Below the pieces are notes generated by a model. It was not told where the DNA came from, made no database searches, and saw only the letters and a list, made by a program, of their open reading frames with translations. Of a DNA stretch of 64,000 bases, positions 61,003 through 64,000 are shown piece by piece; the stretch's first letter is position 1, and each line of letters opens with the position of its first letter. Source of the stretch: Paraspadella gotoi (taxonomy: Eukaryota; Animalia; Chaetognatha); NCBI GenBank assembly GCA_051294375.1, contig CM119267.1, forward strand, positions 7,606,683 to 7,670,682, written 5' to 3'. Made by a program: the position numbers and the translations under genes.

Positions 61003-61420
61003 TACATACGATGAATCAATACATCTCTATTTGTTTTCAGATACAGGAAAAAAGTATATAGAAAATTTAAGTTCAATGAATCGATACTAGGTCACTTAAA
61101 CTTTAAAGGAACAACTGCCAATAATATATTTCCAGCAAATTTCCTTTTTCTCTCGATATGAGTCTGATTGAATCATTCAAGATTAGTCAAAATTTACTAA
61201 CTATTGATACTTTTTTCTGACAGCCTATACTTTTTCAACAGCCGTAAAATAATGTAAAGGTTAAGCGTAATTTGCACCATAAAAGATGAATTGTATTTCC
61301 ACCAGAGTAAAATAATTAATTGGAAAGAGCATAGGATTAAGCTGTTGGACGAAGACGCCTATAGCGAAATCATTTTCGACTAGTTTGAGATTTTTTTTTT
61401 TTTTTTGCATAGCGTCATTC

Positions 61421-62167
61421 TTAAAAATGACTCCAAGCGGTCGGAACCGCCGTCGTTAGCGAGGAAGATTTCGTCTTCGTCTTAGCGCAAGACACATATT
61501 GATACGACTCTAGCACTGCCGTGCTGTTGCTGTCTTGGCTGGAGGTGATACAGGTGGCTTGAAATCGCATAAGAGACGTGTGCACCCAAGCCCGAGCGTC
61601 CTGACAGTAGTTGACCATGAAGGAAAGGTCTTCCTTGTAGGTCAAGGGTATTGTCTGACGAATAATAAAGGGACTCCTCATCGGGACAACGACGTGAGTG
61701 GCGTTTTTTATGTCCGCCAAAAGAGAACCGAGACTGACTTGGACGCTGAAGCTAACCAAAGTGATTGAGTAATAGTTAGGGTTGTAGAGTCGCCACCGGT
61801 TCTCGAAGACGAAGTCAACCCGCTCCTTGGAGGCGTTGATGTTCACGCGAAAGGGCTCGATGGTACGAGGTACGGTGGGATCGAGCCCGAGTTCCGGCGA
61901 ACGAGGGTAGATGAAGAAGGTGACGAGGAAGGTGAGGACGAACACGGCGACAATGGTCACCATAACGTGCAGGGTAGTCCGTTTGGGTTTAAGACGTTCG
62001 TCGGAGAAGGGGACAAGGGAAATCAATTGTTCTTTTTCCCGGTTGACGTGGCCTCTGCCGCGACACGTGGGGCAGTCGACGTAGACCGTTTCTTCGTTTT
62101 CCTCGGGATACCGATCGAACTCGTGGTAGCTCCCGAGGCCCTCTAACTGATAGAGGCTGCTCCCCAT
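61421..62167 (-). CDS. TMEM106B: TMEM106 family type II membrane protein, single exon
   Basis: DCPTCRGRGHV...QLISLVPFSDERLKPKRTTLHV, TM, FFIYPRS, NPNYYSI, YQYVSC. Confidence 0.9.
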   Translation of the reverse strand: MGSSLYQLEGLGSYHEFDRYPEENEETVYVDCPTCRGRGHVNREKEQLISLVPFSDERLKPKRTTLHVMVTIVAVFVLTFLVTFFIYPRSPELGLDPTVPRTIEPFRVNINASKERVDFVFENRWRLYNPNYYSITLVSFSVQVSLGSLLADIKNATHVVVPMRSPFIIRQTIPLTYKEDLSFMVNYCQDARAWVHTSLMRFQATCITSSQDSNSTAVLESYQYVSCAKTKTKSSSLTTAVPTAWSHF

Positions 62168-62550
62168 CTTCGAAAACAAGAAATTGAAAAAAGATAAAAT
62201 TTGCGAGTTATAATATAGAATTTTTTTATTTTTTTTAACAAAGAATAGAAAAAATATTTCATAAATTGTAAGGGCACTTTTCTAAATAACGTTGAGTAAG
62301 GCAATAAGTAAGGCATTGTTCAATAAGGAATGACAATTACTAATGAGTAACGTGAAAAAAAAGTTGAATTGAGTATAGCGTAATAAACAGTTGGGTCAGT
62401 GTCGCATTGTCCATCTCCATTTTCATTGCTATGATATGTACATTGTACAATTGGCAAATGTTCTGTAGGTATAACTTATATGTGTAAAGTTCAGTTTATA
62501 CAGAAAGCATATTCAAAGTGCTCCGACTCGTTTGCGTTTTTGGCGATATT

Positions 62551-64000
62551 TCAGTTCTTCTTGTTTCCTTTTTTCAAACTCCTAACCCGAGTCTTGCTAG
62601 AAACATCGGAGTCGGAAAAGTCGACGTCCGATTCGCGCGATAGGACGATGATGTCGTCGTCGCTCGAAGCGACCAAGTTGTCGTCGTCTTGGTGTCCATT
62701 GATCGGTTTGACATTTCGTTTGCGAAAGGATTTGGACGAGACGCTTTCCTCGTCGACGTTGTAATTTTCGTTGGCGTCGGGAACCAATTCTCCGTCGCTG
62801 TCAAGAGAAGCCATCCCGGTCTTCTTTTCTCCATTTTTGATCCGATTTCTCCCCTCCGCCGACGACTTGGACCTTCCAGGCGACTTGGCTCGGGTTCGAC
62901 TCGGTTTAGTCTTTTCTCTCTTCTCGCGTGGAGGGTGAGGGACGAGGAATTCTCCCTCGGGCAGAGGGGAAGATCTAGGCACGGATCTTGCGGCCACCGA
63001 CTTGGGAAGCGTCTCCCCGGCCGAATCAATTTCTGCTGCGGCGCGATTCTTAGTCGATCCTCTCTCGCCTCGGTCGAGCTCGTCCTCCGACTCCCACAGC
63101 CGACGTTTCCCGTCCGTCCGCGGGACGGAACTCTTCTCTGGTCTTGAGTCGACGCTGGCCGAGCGATGAGAGGTCGGGCTGTCGTCGTTCCGCCCTCGAG
63201 AAAGCTGGAACCCGCCGTCGCCTCGGAGTCTTTCGTCGCCGGCCGAGTCAAGTCGCTCGTTTTCGCCGAAAGCGTTCACGGCGGGCGGCGGGGATTCAAT
63301 TGCGGCAGTGGCGGACTGACGTAAATGATCGAACATTGCTGGCCCCTTGAGAGCGGCGACGAAGGCCAGGGATGTAATGTAAGTTAGGGTCTGAGCACCG
63401 AGTGATAGGACGAATTTGTAGCCCTGAAAATAATTGGGAATAGTAGTTTGCGTTTTTATTACCGAATGAATTTATATCAGGTTTAAATTGTAATTTAGAA
63501 TGTATTTTTTTCCGATATTATGAATTCGAGATTTTACCAGAAAATTTATAAATGTACTTATGTAGCCAATGCTGATCGCTTAATATAAGTACCTGTTGCT
63601 TAGCTTTTGAAATAATGTCATCTATTTCGTTTTCTTTCTCCGTCAGCATCGGATGAACGAATCGGCGATACAAAATTGACGAGCCTTTTTGACATGATTT
63701 AATTACATAAATGCCAAGCATACACAGTCCAAGTTACAGATGAAACTTACCCTTCGTGTATGGCGACAACAGCCAGATGAGAAAGATGATCTTGACTTCG
63801 TGATAAAAAGGCATCCACCAAGAGACGAGGATATCGGCAAAAGTCTCGGCGAAAAGAAAGAGCGCGAACACGATCCAGTACATCATCCATTTCACGTAGT
63901 CCTTGACGCTCTTTGTCTTGACAGCTTTGTAGCTTTGGTAGGCGGGAAAAAGCGTCCCGAAAAAAAGGATCACGAGGCGGGAGATCAATGAGGAGATCAT
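62551..64000 (-). CDS. REEP: Receptor expression-enhancing protein (REEP1-4 subfamily)
   Basis: [68 protein letters not shown], long disordered C-terminal exon. Confidence 0.94.

Overview
Gene-dense DNA from a compact invertebrate animal genome: GC-rich exons, short AT-rich GT-AG introns (mostly 50-150 nt) and two 10-N scaffold gaps. The proteins (LAP/Erbin-like, misshapen-type MAP4K, REEP, TMEM106) point to a metazoan, but I cannot name the species. I identify about 26 protein genes, and 25 are on the minus strand in head-to-tail order: REEP, TMEM106, FAH, Schlafen-like, USP15/4, BET1, HMG-like, RABL3, FBXO3, DNAJC3, TATDN1, RPS3A, MGMT, RPL17, orphan, FOPNL, orphan, MFSD11, NRBF2, CD36/SCARB, AMT, MAP4K, PI4K2, LAP, RPS13. 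Many stop-to-start spacers are only about 100-200 nt and end in a 3' splice-acceptor-like sequence just before the ATG. This suggests long eukaryotic operons resolved by spliced-leader trans-splicing, and is the strongest candidate for an undescribed system. A single MORN-repeat gene lies on the plus strand inside the array. Non-coding DNA holds a tRNA-bearing miniature LTR retrotransposon (one two-LTR copy and a diverged solo LTR, 4-bp TSDs), Helentron/HINE-like fragments, Tc1/mariner-type MITEs, foldbacks and a degenerate Penelope-type hammerhead palindrome. CDS coordinates are gene spans (start to stop, introns included) assembled by eye, and gene names come from recognising motifs, not from database searches.
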